Positions 1 through 9,637 of a stretch of 64,000 nt of DNA are shown here, in pieces. This stretch comes from a virus. The notes under the pieces were generated by a model. It ran no database searches, was not told where the DNA came from, and saw nothing but the letters and a program-made list of their open reading frames with translations. Position 1 is the first letter of the stretch; the number at the start of each line of letters is the position of its first letter. Position numbers and translations under genes: made by a program. Location: the IMG/VR virus record IMGVR_UViG_3300021141_000001. One strand, given 5' to 3'.

Positions 1-1
1 G

Positions 2-79
2 AAAGAAGGTAAAGAAATTTATCTGAAGGAATTAGAAAGAATTAATGAAGGTCATATCTTTCATACAAGAAGAAATTAA
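2..79 (+). CDS. 3' end of an upstream hypothetical gene (partial)
   Basis: Open frame KEGKEIYLKELERINEGHIFHTRRN* ending at TAA 77-79, 6 nt before the next ATG. Confidence 0.55.
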   Translation, partial: KEGKEIYLKELERINEGHIFHTRRN

Positions 80-85
80 TAAGAA

Positions 86-2041
86 ATGAAATTATTTAAG
101 TATAACCAATTTTTAGGTGATAAACCGTTAAACGAAAATCTTGATAAGGCTAAAAAGTTCTTAAAAGATACATATCTATTAACACAAGCCGCTACTAATT
201 TAGGATTTATTGAAGGTGAATTAAAAGCTCAATTAGACCATAAAGAAAAAAGAAGTTTAGTTTTAGGTGATTTTACACCAGAACAACAAGCTGAAATCAG
301 ATTAAAGTTAAGAGAACTTAGATTAAAAGATGATGAAGTTAGAACTATTGAAAGAAATTCAGACTTCTTAAAAATTAGAGAGTTACTTGGACAACAATAT
401 ATTGGTTGGACTTATCCTTTTACTTATTTTTATTTTGCTGAAATGGTTTCTTTAGAAGAGTTATTCACAAATGAAGGAAGTTTATTAAATAAATTAATTG
501 AATATAAAGGTTTATTGGATAAATTGCCTAAGAAATTTGATCAAAACTTTATTGATGTAAATATTCCAAATAATGCTGAGATTCTTATTGATGGATTAGA
601 TTCATTAGAAGATTATAGAAAGATTAAGAAAGTAATTGATAAATTAACTAATGTTCTAAAGAAAGATTACAATGATTCACCTGAAGTTATTAAAGGACAA
701 TTTGCTGAAGTAGCAAGAGGGTTTGAACAATTAGGTGGTACTGATGAGGTCAAGAAAGAAAAACTTTGGAAGTCATTCTTTGGTGAAGTTAGAACTATTG
801 AAAATGACCAAGTTATTCACGGTAAAGCTTATAAGAAAGGTGATAAAAGATATTTTGGACCACTTAGTAGATATACTAACATTAGAGAGTTTATTAAGGC
901 GGCTCAGAATTATTTGAAATCATCAGAGAATGAAACAATCATTGCTTTCTATGATAAGATTAATACTTGTAATGAAAAATATGGTTTTCTAGGAGCTGAT
1001 ACAGTTTATGAAGAAAATGGTATCTTAATTATTGAAGTTAAGTCATTCCAAGCTAACCAATTCTTAAATGGTCACACAAGACACTGTATTAAAGATTATT
1101 CTTCTCAGTGGGAAAACTATGTGTCTTCACATAATAACAAACAATATTATATTTATAACTTTAATATTCCTCAATATGATAACTTCTCAACAATAGGTAT
1201 TACAATTGAACCAGGACAAAAAATTAGAGCTTGTCACGCTAAAGATGATGCTGGTATATCTGGTTCAATCAAAGGTATTCTTAAAAAATGGGAAGGTGAG
1301 TATGATATTAAAGATGATCTTTTTGCTGAACTTAAACCTATGACTGACGAAGAAATTAGAAGAAGAGAAAGAGCTAAGATTGCTGAAAGAGAAATCATTA
1401 AGAAGGGTCTTACAATTGATCTAATTAAACAATATGTTAAAGAAGATGGTGCTAATATCAATAAGGATAATTGTGTAGCTCTTTTACATGCTGTTGAAGA
1501 AAACAATCACGAAAAAGCTAAAGTTATTTTAGAATTAGGTGGTTCACCAAACTTGAGAAGTAAGGCAGATGCTATTATTAACAAAGCACAAGATTTAGAT
1601 ATGATTAAATTATTAGTATCTAATGGTTCTGAATTAACAGGTGAGGTATTTAATAACATTTGTAATGATCTTGAAGCGGTTGAATATTGTTTGAAACAAG
1701 GATTAGATCCTAACTTTGATAACTCACTTCCTATTAGAAGATGTTGTAAAGGTGGATGGAAATCTAAAGACGATATTGGAGAGGGTTACTATGATGTATT
1801 CCAATTACTTGTTAAGTATGGTGCTAAACTAGCTGATGAAGGTGGTAGAAATATGGCTATCAAATGGGCGGCTGAATATGGTAGATTAAACTTTATTGAT
1901 TATATGCTTGAGAAAGGTGTTAAAACTGGATTCAAAGCGGCTTTAAGTTGGTTGAAACATAGTAGAAAAATTCCAGACGATAAGAAAGCAATTACAATTG
2001 CTTATCTTGAAAATAAGATTAAAGAATACGGAGACGTATAA
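86..2041 (+). CDS. Ankyrin-repeat protein with capsid-targeting-like N-terminus (putative internal virion protein)
   Basis: C-terminal ankyrin-like units (ALLHAVEENNHEKAKVILELGGSPN; AIKWAAEYGRLNFIDYMLEKG); N-terminus MKLFKYNQFL..LNE. Confidence 0.75.
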   Translation: MKLFKYNQFLGDKPLNENLDKAKKFLKDTYLLTQAATNLGFIEGELKAQLDHKEKRSLVLGDFTPEQQAEIRLKLRELRLKDDEVRTIERNSDFLKIRELLGQQYIGWTYPFTYFYFAEMVSLEELFTNEGSLLNKLIEYKGLLDKLPKKFDQNFIDVNIPNNAEILIDGLDSLEDYRKIKKVIDKLTNVLKKDYNDSPEVIKGQFAEVARGFEQLGGTDEVKKEKLWKSFFGEVRTIENDQVIHGKAYKKGDKRYFGPLSRYTNIREFIKAAQNYLKSSENETIIAFYDKINTCNEKYGFLGADTVYEENGILIIEVKSFQANQFLNGHTRHCIKDYSSQWENYVSSHNNKQYYIYNFNIPQYDNFSTIGITIEPGQKIRACHAKDDAGISGSIKGILKKWEGEYDIKDDLFAELKPMTDEEIRRRERAKIAEREIIKKGLTIDLIKQYVKEDGANINKDNCVALLHAVEENNHEKAKVILELGGSPNLRSKADAIINKAQDLDMIKLLVSNGSELTGEVFNNICNDLEAVEYCLKQGLDPNFDNSLPIRRCCKGGWKSKDDIGEGYYDVFQLLVKYGAKLADEGGRNMAIKWAAEYGRLNFIDYMLEKGVKTGFKAALSWLKHSRKIPDDKKAITIAYLENKIKEYGDV

Positions 2042-2042
2042 C

Positions 2043-2070
2043 AAAAAACCCACTTAATTGAGTGGGTTTT
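2043..2070. terminator. Bidirectional intrinsic terminator
   Basis: AAAAAACCCACTTAATTGAGTGGGTTTT hairpin flanked by A/T tracts between convergent genes. Confidence 0.8.
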
Positions 2071-2779
2071 GTTTTTCTAATACTTTATAGATTAAATAAG
2101 CGTCATTAACATCTTCATAAGGTTTTGGTATAACTGAGATAGATAAAACATCTGATTGTGATAATTTACAATGTTTTGCCCAGAAATCATTTAAGTCATT
2201 ATTCTCAATAATAGCTCTAAACATTTCAGGTTTTTGAAATTTTCCGCCAGATATACCCATTGTATTTCTCCAAATAAATTCTTGTCTTGGTTTTTTACCA
2301 CCAATCTCTTTAATAATAGGAGGATAAGTTAATTTACAAGATTCTAATTTAAGTGTTGATGGTGAAAGAACTGTTATATCTTCTGATATCTTATCAAATA
2401 GTTTCTTTCTTAAAAGTGTTGAGAATGTAACTAAGTCAATAATATCGCCAGCTGTTGATGAGAATGAATAACCTTCAATTCCAACTTTTGTTGGTTTAGT
2501 AGGATTAATATTATCTAAAATATCTTTAATAATATCGTCAGTAATTTTATCATAATCTTTAAGTTTAGTAAGTTCTCCTTCAGAGTAATCTTCAAATTCT
2601 CTGTATTCAATAAACTTATAAGTTACATATTGTTCAGCCATTTTGAACCATTTTTTGATTCCGGTTTTACCAAATGCTGATGATTCTCTACAATAGTTAA
2701 ACATCTTGAAAGTGTCGCCAGAAGTGACTACAAGAGCTGTAGAGATAAGTGATGGATCAATTGCGACAATATTATACAT
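2054..2779 (-). CDS. RuvC-like Holliday junction resolvase
   Basis: RNase H-fold catalytic motifs IVAIDPS, VGIEGYS and C-terminal DVNDAY; likely start MYNIVAID at 2779. Confidence 0.75.
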   Translation of the reverse strand: MYNIVAIDPSLISTALVVTSGDTFKMFNYCRESSAFGKTGIKKWFKMAEQYVTYKFIEYREFEDYSEGELTKLKDYDKITDDIIKDILDNINPTKPTKVGIEGYSFSSTAGDIIDLVTFSTLLRKKLFDKISEDITVLSPSTLKLESCKLTYPPIIKEIGGKKPRQEFIWRNTMGISGGKFQKPEMFRAIIENNDLNDFWAKHCKLSQSDVLSISVIPKPYEDVNDAYLIYKVLEKQNPLN

Positions 2780-2818
2780 AAATCTATATAGTAACAATTC
2801 ATGTTTACCATCTTTTTA

Positions 2819-2849
2819 TTTGACAATTGAAATATATTCCTTATATTTG
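2819..2849 (+). promoter_or_regulatory. Bacteroidota-type primary sigma promoter (-33 TTTG / -7 TAnnTTTG)
   Basis: TTTG 2819-2822, 19-nt spacer, TATATTTG 2842-2849. Confidence 0.75.
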
Positions 2850-2880
2850 TATTATAAATAAATCATTAAATCACTACAAA

Positions 2881-3333
2881 ATGAACGGAAGAAAACTTAA
2901 AAACTCAGATGCTCTTAAATTTATCTTTGCTGGTAAATCAATTGTTACATTCTTAAACACTAAGACTGGTAATCGTTTTACCTTTAAGACTAAAGCCGCT
3001 AAAGACTCTAATATGTTTTTTGTTAGTGTTTTGAATGGTCCTGAGAACTGGGCTTATATTGGAACTTGTATTGAAGGTAAATTCAGACATGGTAGAAAAT
3101 CTAATATTTCTCAAGATGCTCAGTCTGTAAAAGTATTTGATTTTGTTTTGGCTAAACTTGTGGCTGGTACTTTACCAGAGTTTGTTGAAGTTTGGCACGA
3201 GGGATGCTGTGGTAAATGTGGTAAGAGATTAACAGTTCCTTCTTCTATTGAGAATGGTCTTGGCCCAGAGTGTATTAAAACTCTTACTAAAATGGAAAAG
3301 AGAGATAAATTCTTACAATTAATTTTAGGATAA
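2881..3333 (+). CDS. DUF6011-like zinc-finger protein with C-terminal RxxK-type tag variant
   Basis: CGKCGKRLTVPSSIENGLGPEC signature; ATG at 2881 downstream of the promoter; ends KRDKFLQLILG. Confidence 0.7.
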   Translation: MNGRKLKNSDALKFIFAGKSIVTFLNTKTGNRFTFKTKAAKDSNMFFVSVLNGPENWAYIGTCIEGKFRHGRKSNISQDAQSVKVFDFVLAKLVAGTLPEFVEVWHEGCCGKCGKRLTVPSSIENGLGPECIKTLTKMEKRDKFLQLILG

Positions 3334-3334
3334 T

Positions 3335-3799
3335 ATGTCAATTATATTTTCGTTAATACCATTTATTTTCATAATCTATTATACGATTATGGTTAAGAAT
3401 ACTAAGTATGTTACTATGGATCTAAGAAATGGTGAAATGTGTTACTGTTGTAAGGGTAAGATTGAAATGGATAGAAATGATGTCTTGTACAATATATTAA
3501 ACAATGTAACAAACTATCGTATTTGTAAAGCTTGCCAACGTGATGAAAAATTAGATGAAATTGTAAATCACAGTAAATTATCTAAAATAAACAAATTCAA
3601 GTTTTTTTTAATTTCTGAAAAATATGATAAGTTTGCCAGATACTTACTTTTTTCTTTAGTCATTTTAGTATTTTTAGACATTACGTTAAAAATAGTATTT
3701 GATATTAAGTGGTTCAGTCCTATTTACAATTTATATTTAGTCTGTTATTGGTTATTATTAATCTATCGACACAAACTTATATCCACAAAAAAACCCTAA
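3335..3799 (+). CDS. Membrane protein with CxxC pairs and internal RxxK tag
   Basis: Three hydrophobic segments, CYCC/CKAC, QRDEKLDEIV. Confidence 0.6.
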   Translation: MSIIFSLIPFIFIIYYTIMVKNTKYVTMDLRNGEMCYCCKGKIEMDRNDVLYNILNNVTNYRICKACQRDEKLDEIVNHSKLSKINKFKFFLISEKYDKFARYLLFSLVILVFLDITLKIVFDIKWFSPIYNLYLVCYWLLLIYRHKLISTKKP

Positions 3800-3819
3800 G
3801 ATTTCTCTTAGGGTTTTTT
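3787..3819. terminator. Bidirectional intrinsic terminator
   Basis: AAAAAAACCCTAAGATTTCTCTTAGGGTTTTTT. Confidence 0.8.
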
Positions 3820-3863
3820 CATTAAGGGCCGATCGGATTCGAAACCGTTCAGATTCCACCACC

Positions 3864-4082
3864 TTATTTTTCTAAACAAGGAAACTTATTTCTCTCGATA
3901 TAATTAATTATACCTCGGATAAATAACTCTTTTATTACAGACTCACAAGTAAATGTTTTATCTGAATAAAATTCAATGTTATTTCTAACATTATCCATTC
4001 CAACTTTATATAGGATATCGTCAGAAAAGTTTTTATTTTCCACATTTCTTTCTAATAAAAGAGAGTTAATCATATGTTTCAT
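3864..4082 (-). CDS. Hypothetical protein
   Basis: 72-aa ORF following the Hc1-like gene on the same strand. Confidence 0.45.
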   Translation of the reverse strand: MKHMINSLLLERNVENKNFSDDILYKVGMDNVRNNIEFYSDKTFTCESVIKELFIRGIINYIERNKFPCLEK

Positions 4083-4103
4083 TGGAATGGATTGTTATTT
4101 TTT

Positions 4104-4274
4104 TTACTTTGCTTTACCTTCTTCAGTAGAAGCCGCTCTATAAGCTGTAACTAATTTCTTAATTTCACCTAAAGCTTTTCTTGCTCTTGAGTCTGATACT
4201 TTACTTGTAGCATTGTGATTAGCTTCAAATTCAACCCAAAGTTTTGTCAATTGTTCGAAAATTTCTTGTTTCAT
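4104..4274 (-). CDS. Histone H1-like (Hc1 family) small DNA-binding protein; not in ORF track
   Basis: Manual translation MKQEIFEQLTKLWVEFEANHNATSKVSDSRARKALGEIKKLVTAYRAASTEEGKAK (56 aa); RARKA...KK....R..S matches the Bacteroidota Hc1-like pattern. Confidence 0.75.
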   Translation of the reverse strand: MKQEIFEQLTKLWVEFEANHNATSKVSDSRARKALGEIKKLVTAYRAASTEEGKAK

Positions 4275-4326
4275 TTTATTTCATTTATTTTTGTAATCCC
4301 TTAATATTAAAGGGATTTAGTTTTTA

Positions 4327-5565
4327 TTATCCAAAGATATCATCTGCGTCAGCCGCATCTGTAAATCCGTTTGTATCTTCATCATCTTCATCATCTCCGA
4401 TTACACTATTAAATTGCTTCTCAACATCTTCAATTTCATCCAATGATCTAAATCTGAAATAATCATTTACAATTGGTGCCATTTTTTCAAGAACTTCTTG
4501 AGTAAATACCTCAGATGAGAATAATTGTTTTGTTGTAACTGATTTATTTAGATGATTTATATACCATCTGAGACCACCCGGAATGAAAGTCATTTCTCCT
4601 GTTTTCTTATCAACCTCCATTTTACCTTTGGCGATACCAATTTTTTCAAAATATTCTGGACGACAAAAAGCATCTAAACCAGTATAAGGATTTAATCCAT
4701 TTAGAAAAGAGATATCAAATCTAATTTTCTTAGGTTTGGCTAAACGGTTCTTTTGAGTTTTGAATAAGACTGAAATACCTGATTGACCTAAATCCATATC
4801 ATCTTCTTCACCAGTTTTTAATTTAGATTTAGATAGAAAACCTAAAACTGAAGCTGAATAAACTAGACCCATACCACCCTTACTGATTTCGCGTGGAAAA
4901 AGATCTTGTGTTAAGTATGTGTGATTACAACAAACCATTGGGATATCTAAGTATCCAAGATCAGAACTAATACTTCTAAAAAGAGCATTTAATTGTTTAG
5001 CTCTAGTCATATCTTGCTTCATATCACCTTTTAGTAAGTCTGCTTTTTCTTTGTTAGAAGACATCATACCAATAGAATCTAATACTATTAAAATCTTTGG
5101 AATTTCATATCCTGACATTTTTTGATTTTTTAATTCATCTAGTAATTGTGTTAATGTGATATTTATATCTTCAACTTTATTAGATCTAATTAATCTGAAT
5201 TTTTCCGGTGAGTTATCAATTCCCATTTTAGCTATACCCTCAATATCTATTGAGTTCTCAGTATCAATGTATATCACACTATAATCTTGTTTTCTTTGAG
5301 CTGATTTACATATAGAGTAAGCGATAAATGACTTACCTGCTCCAGATTCTCCTAGAAGTCCAAATATCCTACCTCCTAAAATACCACCACCTACTAATTT
5401 TGCGGAAAGTGCCGCATCTAAAAGATAATTTCCAGTTGATATATAATTTCTTTCCTTTAGTTCCTTCTCGATTAGAATTGGAGTTGATTTTGCTATATTA
5501 TCTAATATAGTTCCTACCTTACTAAATTCAAATCTTTTTACTTCTTTTTTCTCTTGCTTTGCCAT
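4327..5565 (-). CDS. uvsX: UvsX/RecA-like recombinase
   Basis: Walker A GESGAGKS, YIDTE, Walker B IVLDSIG, DMTRAK and GG.GL.Y.AS motifs; acidic tail. Confidence 0.9.
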   Translation of the reverse strand: MAKQEKKEVKRFEFSKVGTILDNIAKSTPILIEKELKERNYISTGNYLLDAALSAKLVGGGILGGRIFGLLGESGAGKSFIAYSICKSAQRKQDYSVIYIDTENSIDIEGIAKMGIDNSPEKFRLIRSNKVEDINITLTQLLDELKNQKMSGYEIPKILIVLDSIGMMSSNKEKADLLKGDMKQDMTRAKQLNALFRSISSDLGYLDIPMVCCNHTYLTQDLFPREISKGGMGLVYSASVLGFLSKSKLKTGEEDDMDLGQSGISVLFKTQKNRLAKPKKIRFDISFLNGLNPYTGLDAFCRPEYFEKIGIAKGKMEVDKKTGEMTFIPGGLRWYINHLNKSVTTKQLFSSEVFTQEVLEKMAPIVNDYFRFRSLDEIEDVEKQFNSVIGDDEDDEDTNGFTDAADADDIFG

Positions 5566-5683
5566 TTTTTTAATTAATTTTTATACTTTATATATTAATA
5601 TTACATTTCCCCCTTTTGTTATTTTTCAATAATTTTTACATTATTATTCTAAAAGGGGGAAATAATTATTTTATATATAACAT

Positions 5684-6754
5684 ATGACTAAAAAAGAATT
5701 TTTGAATAGAGCAAGAGATATTCATGGTTATAAATATCAATATCCAAACTTATCTGACAAGGTATTATCAAATGATGATATTGATATTATCTATAACGGT
5801 GTTCTATATAGACAGAAGGTGGTTAAACATATTCTACTTGGTAGATGTCCGGAAAAGAATACACCAACTAAAACAACTGAACAATTTATATCAGAAGCTA
5901 AAGAAGTATGGGGTGATAAATATGACTATTCATTATCTGAATATAGTGGAGCTTTAAATAAAGTTAAAATTATATATGATGGTATTATATTTGAACAAGT
6001 AGCTATTTCACATTTGAAAAAAATGGCACCTGAAGATAATTCAAATCAAGAGTTTTTTATTAAAAAATCAAAAGATAAGTGGGGAGATAAATATGACTAT
6101 TCACTTGTTGATTATGTGAATTGTAAAACCAAGGTTAAGATAATATACAATGGAGATATATATGAGCAAACTCCAAATGGTCACTTATCTAACGCACCTG
6201 AAAAGATAAAATATTCTATTAGAAAAACTACAGAACAATTTATAAAAGAATCAAACATTATACATGATAATAAATTTATTTATGATAAAACAAATTATGT
6301 CAAAAATCAAATAAAAGTTACTATTACTTGTCCTATACATGGTGATTTTACACAAAGACCACTTTCGCACTTACAAGGAAATGGATGTTCTAACTGTAAT
6401 GAATCAAGAGGTGAAAAAGAAATTTCAAAATTTCTTAATAAACATGATATAAATTATAATAGACAACATAAATTTTCAGACTGTAAAAATATATTCCAAC
6501 TACCTTTCGACTTTTATATTCCTTCTATTAGGACGTGTATAGAGTTTGATGGAGAGCAACATTTTTTACCTTTATCTTTTTTTGGTGGTCAAGAAGCTCT
6601 TGATAAATTAAAGATTAATGATAAAATTAAATCTGATTATTGCGAGGATAATTATATTAGTCTAATTAGGATTAGGTATGACCAAATTGATGATATTTGG
6701 AGAATACTTTGGGATAATTTGAAGACACATATTAAAACAAAAAAGACCATTTAA
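5684..6754 (+). CDS. Putative free-standing homing endonuclease (repeated HG/WG-DKYDYS DNA-binding units plus C-terminal PD-(D/E)xK/Vsr-like domain)
   Basis: Four repeats of the F...A/S...(H/W)GDKYDYS type, CPIHG..CSNC zinc site, LPFDFYIP..IEFDGEQHF nuclease motif; lies opposite to the flanking genes. Confidence 0.75.
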   Translation: MTKKEFLNRARDIHGYKYQYPNLSDKVLSNDDIDIIYNGVLYRQKVVKHILLGRCPEKNTPTKTTEQFISEAKEVWGDKYDYSLSEYSGALNKVKIIYDGIIFEQVAISHLKKMAPEDNSNQEFFIKKSKDKWGDKYDYSLVDYVNCKTKVKIIYNGDIYEQTPNGHLSNAPEKIKYSIRKTTEQFIKESNIIHDNKFIYDKTNYVKNQIKVTITCPIHGDFTQRPLSHLQGNGCSNCNESRGEKEISKFLNKHDINYNRQHKFSDCKNIFQLPFDFYIPSIRTCIEFDGEQHFLPLSFFGGQEALDKLKINDKIKSDYCEDNYISLIRIRYDQIDDIWRILWDNLKTHIKTKKTI

Positions 6755-6767
6755 ACTGGTCTTTTTT
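6740..6767. terminator. Bidirectional intrinsic terminator
   Basis: AAAAAGACCATTTAAACTGGTCTTTTTT. Confidence 0.75.
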
Positions 6768-6787
6768 GTTATTAAATTTTTTTATAA

Positions 6788-7411
6788 TTAAAGAACGTAA
6801 TAGTTATCAACAATAAAACTAACTAAAGTATCACAGAACTTTTGAATACCTGCTTTCATATCATCTGTTATTTCAAATGATTCTTTAAGATATTGTGATA
6901 AGAATTTAACTTTACCAAAATCTCTAACATCTAAGGCTTGATCAATAAGATTATTTATTTCAGACTTAGACATATCTTCATAACCAACTTCTTTAGCTTG
7001 TCTCCATTCTTCACCTTCAGAATCTTGAGCCTTTTTCATAGCATCTAAGAATTCAATTAAGAAGTTAATTGATTTATCAACACCATCTTTGAATGACTTT
7101 TCAATAAAAATACTTCTTGCTGATTTTAAAGCTTTATCAAATTCACTAAGAATCACATCTCTAAATTCTTCATCTAAGTCTTCATTTCTATTTACAGAAT
7201 CTACAAACATATTAAATAAAATTTCAATTAATTTATCAGTACCATATTCTAGTTCTTCTGTGTTGCCAGAAATTCTAATTATTTTTTCCATATTGAATAT
7301 AGGATTAAACATAGCATATAATGCTTTTTTTAGTACATCAACATTTTGTCTGAAGTCTTCGTTATCATTAAGACTTTCTAAAAATAGTTTATAGTTTTTA
7401 ATTCTTTTCAT
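6788..7411 (-). CDS. Putative internal head protein with IDEAL-like helical motif
   Basis: N-terminus MKRIKNYKLFLES; EINNLIDQALDVRDF resembles an IDEAL/UVR-like motif. Confidence 0.6.
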   Translation of the reverse strand: MKRIKNYKLFLESLNDNEDFRQNVDVLKKALYAMFNPIFNMEKIIRISGNTEELEYGTDKLIEILFNMFVDSVNRNEDLDEEFRDVILSEFDKALKSARSIFIEKSFKDGVDKSINFLIEFLDAMKKAQDSEGEEWRQAKEVGYEDMSKSEINNLIDQALDVRDFGKVKFLSQYLKESFEITDDMKAGIQKFCDTLVSFIVDNYYVL

Positions 7412-7419
7412 ATTTTTAA

Positions 7420-8139
7420 TTATTTTAATGATTCCGGAGTTAATGACTCTTTTATATTTTCAAAGTTTTTAGTTAATTCATCTTTCCATTGAGATTGACC
7501 TAATAGATAATTTAAGAATTTTTTAGATTTTTCAACATCTGGTATAGTAGCCATAACATCTTCACTTGTTGAAGAATTATTCAAAACAAATTTATCACCT
7601 TTTAATTTCACTGTTAAAAAAGCATCAGAGTTATCTTTTACTTTAGAGAATGTAAATTGAATAGAAGAACTACCACTAAATAATTTAGACATAAATCCTT
7701 TTTTAGGTTCAACTTTTTCAAATTCTACATTTTTAAGTTTATAGTTATAGTTAGCAAACTTTTTATATAAAGGATTAGTACAGATATAAAGTGAAAACTC
7801 ATCTGCTTTATCAGAAGGTTCTTCACCTGAAGCAACACCCATATTTCTTGTAGCTGAATGAACAGCACCCATATGACCCGCTAGAGCTTCATTGAATGAT
7901 TTGAAATCTCCAACTTTTTCTTCTACTTTACCAGCAATTTCTAAATATTGGTCCAATACTTCTTTAGTTTGAATATCAGATTCATCATATTTAACTTCAT
8001 CATCAAATAAACTAACTTTCTTATCTGCTACAAGTTTTTGTAAAAGTGGTTCACTAGTAAATAAACTTACATCTACAGAGCTAAGTTTTACAGTTTTTGA
8101 GTGTGATTCCTTAATGAAATCTTCGTACTTCTTTATCAT
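7420..8139 (-). CDS. Putative internal head protein
   Basis: N-terminus MIKKYEDFIKES; internal FKSFNEA. Confidence 0.6.
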   Translation of the reverse strand: MIKKYEDFIKESHSKTVKLSSVDVSLFTSEPLLQKLVADKKVSLFDDEVKYDESDIQTKEVLDQYLEIAGKVEEKVGDFKSFNEALAGHMGAVHSATRNMGVASGEEPSDKADEFSLYICTNPLYKKFANYNYKLKNVEFEKVEPKKGFMSKLFSGSSSIQFTFSKVKDNSDAFLTVKLKGDKFVLNNSSTSEDVMATIPDVEKSKKFLNYLLGQSQWKDELTKNFENIKESLTPESLK

Positions 8140-8809
8140 AATCTGTTGTATTTTTTGGATTGATTTTAAAATATAATATAACTCCCAATATTAAGATATT
8201 AGTAGCGTAGTTTAATAATAATGGTAAGTCTAATTTATCATAAACATATGCTAAAGCAAAGATTTCACCGAATGCCCAAAGAAGAACAAATCCCCAAGAA
8301 ATTCCGTGAGAGTGTTTATCTTTGAATGATTGCCAAGCTTGTGGAATGCCACATATCGCTAAACAAATAGAACCTAACCAACCAAGTATTTCAAATATTG
8401 ACATTCCTTTAGTTTGTTCTGCTATACCTGCTGATGATAATTCATCTAAGTTTTTTGGTTCAATCTTATAACCGTATTTAGTTTCAACATGAGATGATAA
8501 CTTATCAAATAACTCTTTATATTCTTCTTGATTGCCTGATTCTAACTTACTTTGTATTTCAGATAAAATGTTGTTTAATTGGTCATCTTTTGGATTTAAA
8601 TCAGTTTTTCTAATATTAGAAAGTCCCTCAACTTGTTCTACTGCGTCATTAATACCGTCTTTTGATGTAGGGTTAGTAAGAGCTGGTTTAACTAAACTTT
8701 GAGCAGTTACAGTTGGTGAATTAGCAAATAAAGAAGCCGCTAAACCAGCACCAAGTACGGCTGATCTAAGACCTTCATTATGTTGTTCATATGTTTGTAA
8801 ATATCTCAT
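8111..8809 (-). CDS. PQ-loop (SemiSWEET-like) membrane protein with capsid-targeting-like leader
   Basis: C-terminal three-helix unit ILGWLGSICLAICGIPQAWQSFKDKHSHGISWG...LLLNY; N-terminus MRYLQTYEQHNEG. Confidence 0.75.
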   Translation of the reverse strand: MRYLQTYEQHNEGLRSAVLGAGLAASLFANSPTVTAQSLVKPALTNPTSKDGINDAVEQVEGLSNIRKTDLNPKDDQLNNILSEIQSKLESGNQEEYKELFDKLSSHVETKYGYKIEPKNLDELSSAGIAEQTKGMSIFEILGWLGSICLAICGIPQAWQSFKDKHSHGISWGFVLLWAFGEIFALAYVYDKLDLPLLLNYATNILILGVILYFKINPKNTTDYDKEVRRFH

Positions 8810-8813
8810 TAGT

Positions 8814-8822
8814 TATATATTA
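8814..8822 (-). promoter_or_regulatory. Putative phage late promoter TAATATATA
   Basis: Motif ends 4 nt before the ATG at 8809; recurs before many structural/CTS genes. Confidence 0.65.
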
Positions 8823-9620
8823 AAATTTATGAGGAAAAATATGTCTCCATTCATGACCTTGAGGAACATCGGAGGCTTTCACACCAAATATCTTTTTCTC
8901 TGGGCAAGTATCTTTACCATCCATTAAGAAGTTGTTATTACAAGCCCAAACTTCTACATTTCTTTGTAGTAATTGACCTACTGAGAAAGGAAATCTAATT
9001 CCTGTTTCGTTTTCAATACCAGTAATTCTACCATCTGGTGATTTAGTTACAACTATTTCTAATCTTGGGTTTCTTTTATTAGTGAATTTAACTTCTCTTT
9101 CGTGTATAGATTCGTCAATTAAATCAGCCGCTGGATTGATTTCAGTTTGAATTCTATCAAATCTTTTTCTTTCTTTATCTTCTTTATAGATTTTATCTAT
9201 TAGATGAAATAGTTTTATACGATAAGATTCTTTAGATCTAATTCTTTCACATAAACCTGTATTATTACCAATAAATAGTTTCCACTTATTTTTACACTTT
9301 TCCTCACCTGCTGGTAGTCCAGTATTATTGTATATTAGGTTATGTCTATCATTTGATATAAGGATATCAACATCATCAAATCTAACAACATAGATTACAC
9401 TGTAATATTCTGACCGAGCGCCATTTTCAGCAGTATCTGCTGCTTTAGACATCCAAGCAGGTAACCTCATATCTTCTTTCATTATATCATGAATTTCATA
9501 TGGATTACTATCTTTAACTTTTTCAAGACGATGTATCATATCCAATGTGATTTTATCATCATTGGTGTCTTTCTTAAAGTAATCTAAGAACCCTTCATTA
9601 TAAGATTTTAAGTGTTTCAT
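8820..9620 (-). CDS. Putative internal head protein
   Basis: Likely start MKHLKSYNEG at 9620, just downstream of TAATATATA (9626-9634). Confidence 0.6.
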   Translation of the reverse strand: MKHLKSYNEGFLDYFKKDTNDDKITLDMIHRLEKVKDSNPYEIHDIMKEDMRLPAWMSKAADTAENGARSEYYSVIYVVRFDDVDILISNDRHNLIYNNTGLPAGEEKCKNKWKLFIGNNTGLCERIRSKESYRIKLFHLIDKIYKEDKERKRFDRIQTEINPAADLIDESIHEREVKFTNKRNPRLEIVVTKSPDGRITGIENETGIRFPFSVGQLLQRNVEVWACNNNFLMDGKDTCPEKKIFGVKASDVPQGHEWRHIFPHKF

Positions 9621-9637
9621 TACACTATATATTATTT

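Noticed and set aside
3824-3863. Complete tRNA or tmRNA gene
   Set aside because: No partner acceptor strand or anticodon arm within range; kept only as a low-interest remnant.
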